Part shown: positions 61,798 to 64,000 of the stretch, piece after piece
How the letters are laid out: each line of letters opens with the position of its first letter
Position numbering within the stretch: the stretch's first letter is position 1
NCBI RefSeq assembly: GCF_036321535.1
Contig: NC_087437.1
Location: forward strand, 53,880,001 to 53,944,000
Source: Camelus dromedarius
Lineage: Eukaryota
DNA: 64,000 nt
Direction of reading: 5' to 3'
The notes under the pieces: model-generated
Told to the model about the DNA's origin: nothing
The model's database searches: none
What the model saw: only the letters and a program-made list of their open reading frames with translations
Made by a program: the position numbers and the translations under genes

Positions 61798-64000
61798 AAT
61801 TATCACCCTGTAGATAGTGGCCACTTTTGCATCTTTTGTAAATTCATTTCAGCATTCTATTCTTGGCTAAAAATATATGACTGCGAGTTTGCTCCTGAAT
61901 TCACTGTACCATCTACTGGTTCTCTCATTAATTAATGAGTTAAATAAAATCTCTGACATGTATTGATTTTATATCTGTGTAAGAATCATGATTATATTTT
62001 ATCTTAAAATGCAACCCTTAATAGGTCTTAGTGTAAACAATACATAGACCTTATTTTCTCACACTGCACTGGGTGTTCCCACACCTCACTACAAGAATAA
62101 ATTGATGCTTCTGTGAACTTCTGAGCATCATGGAGAATAATAGCTCATTCTGTAAAGTATGTTAATGTCACTTTCATTTTCATCATTTCACTGGATTCCT
62201 ACAATCAGCCTGGAAGAGGAGATCTCATTTCTGTTTTACAAATGACAAATGAGAAAAATTTAGGCCAGAGAGAAACCATGATTTATAAAACCAAGGTCTT
62301 ATAGCCATATGAGGCAGAGCAATGGCCTCAGCATAGGTCTTCTGTCTCCAAGTCCGATGCTCATCCTCTTCATTAAGCCATGCCTTCCTCCTCCATGAGA
62401 AATGCTGTGCATCCAGCCTGGCAGCTGGATCCCAGTGTGGGAGAGCTGCTGTTTCAGAAGAAAAGGGCCAAGAATTTGGATGTAATGTTCTGAGAAGTCA
62501 CAGTTTCATCACCAATGATGTTATTCAGCTCCCTTTTTCATTTTTCCCCTTGAGAACAAAAGCTGGTTTTACATTTTAATGTATTTAATTACCGCATGGA
62601 GATCTGAACAGTTAGGAAAGGAACAGGCAGTGAGGACGCAGTGATGATCTATCGAGCAGCATTTGAATTAATTTGGAGTTTTCATGCCTGTGATTAGTGT
62701 GGTTATTAGTGTTAATACTTGAAGTTTGTGTTAACAGGGTGTTACTGTGAATTTGAAGCACTAAAAGAGGCCCAATTTCCTAGTATTTGTTTGTTTACTT
62801 ATTAGTCAGTTCATTCATAATTGCTACAGTGCTGACATATAAAATGCCCCCTGCATCCAACTTCACAGCTTGACTTAATACAGAGTAATACTGGGTCTCA
62901 TTTAGTCAATGTTTAGTGCTAATAGGTTGTCCTTACCTATTTTGGTGACTCCTCCACTGTAGACATTCTCTCCTCTGCCCTCAGACCACCATGGAGAGGC
63001 AGATAAATCCTTAGAGCTTATGGAAACAGCCTGAATTGGGGTTTATGTTACCAGATCTCTGGGAAAGCCATGCCTCCTCTCTGGACCTTAGTTTCCCAGC
63101 TATAAAATAAGAGGTTTAGATGAGATGATCCCCATTTCCTTTCAGTTCTATGGCTCAGGGAGCAAATCAAAATGGAGAGATGACTGGGAAGTCATAGAAA
63201 TGTAAAGTTGTGACTAAGAGATCATCTACTCCAATACATTAATTCTTCAATAGAGGACAATGAGACCCGGAACAGGTTAGTGATGTCCAAGGTCAGAGAG
63301 TAGGTTAGAGTCAGAGCCTGAAATTGAATGCAGACTTCCTAATTCCTAATCTGTGCCATTCGCTTCTTTTCCTTTAGTTATATCACAGTTTTAAAATAGC
63401 GTACATAATATATCAAGTTATCAGACTCCCATAAAGCTTCCACCTAATTAGTGTAACAGTTAACCTTTGGCCATATTATTCTATTTTTCTTTCTTTCTCT
63501 CTCGCTATCAATACAACATTAAAATCCAGCTGAATTCCAAATCCTCAAATGACCATCCTCATAAGTAACCACCATCCTGAAGTTTGTGTGTATTATTCCT
63601 ATGTTGTTATTGCTAATATTTTTATTACATATGAACTATTTATTGTCTATTCGATTTATTGAGCTTTATTATTTTTTCCCTCTACTAGTTTGGAATCCTA
63701 CCTTCTATCCCTTGTCTTTAGGTATTACCTTTAAATCTTTAATATGCCTAGTTGATATTCAAAATGATCCCTATTTAATCAGAACCTCTGCCCTCCTCCT
63801 AAGCAGAACCACTGATAATCCTTATCCCAAATCCCATGTAATTGGTTATCAACAGTTTTGTACTGCCTGTTTTAAACATTCTCAATTAGTCACTAATTTT
63901 TTTAATGCTTATTTAGATTTAGGCATAACAGTTATATATGTTTTCTCTTCATCGTTTGTCGTATATCACTCCTTCAACACATGGAAGATAATATTCCACT

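Overview
Mammalian, repeat-rich genomic DNA, most likely camelid, judging by the vic-1-like tRNA-derived SINEs and young L1s. One protein-coding gene is supported: a two-exon RTP4 on the + strand (CDS 8055-8236 + 11871-13425, 578 aa). RTP4 is an interferon-stimulated antiviral zf-3CxxC protein, and here it has clustered ISRE/IRF elements just upstream of the ATG. This RTP4 is much longer than the 246-aa human protein. Its disordered region is built from about 35 degenerate 24-nt (8-aa) monomers, the later ones regrouped into five young 93-nt higher-order units. The same DNA carries a 318-codon stop-free overlapping frame whose His/Arg/Gly-rich repeat varies less between copies than the RTP4 frame, and a cryptic acceptor at 12530 would join exon 1 to it in frame. 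The remaining ~50 kb shows no recognisable genes and is made of L1, L2, MIR, MaLR, ERV and hAT remnants. It includes a young 5'-inverted L1 with a 3' transduction bounded by a 17-bp TSD, a hairpin downstream of RTP4, and a triple-octamer enhancer candidate. Repeat family names come from visual recognition, and boundaries without TSDs are approximate.
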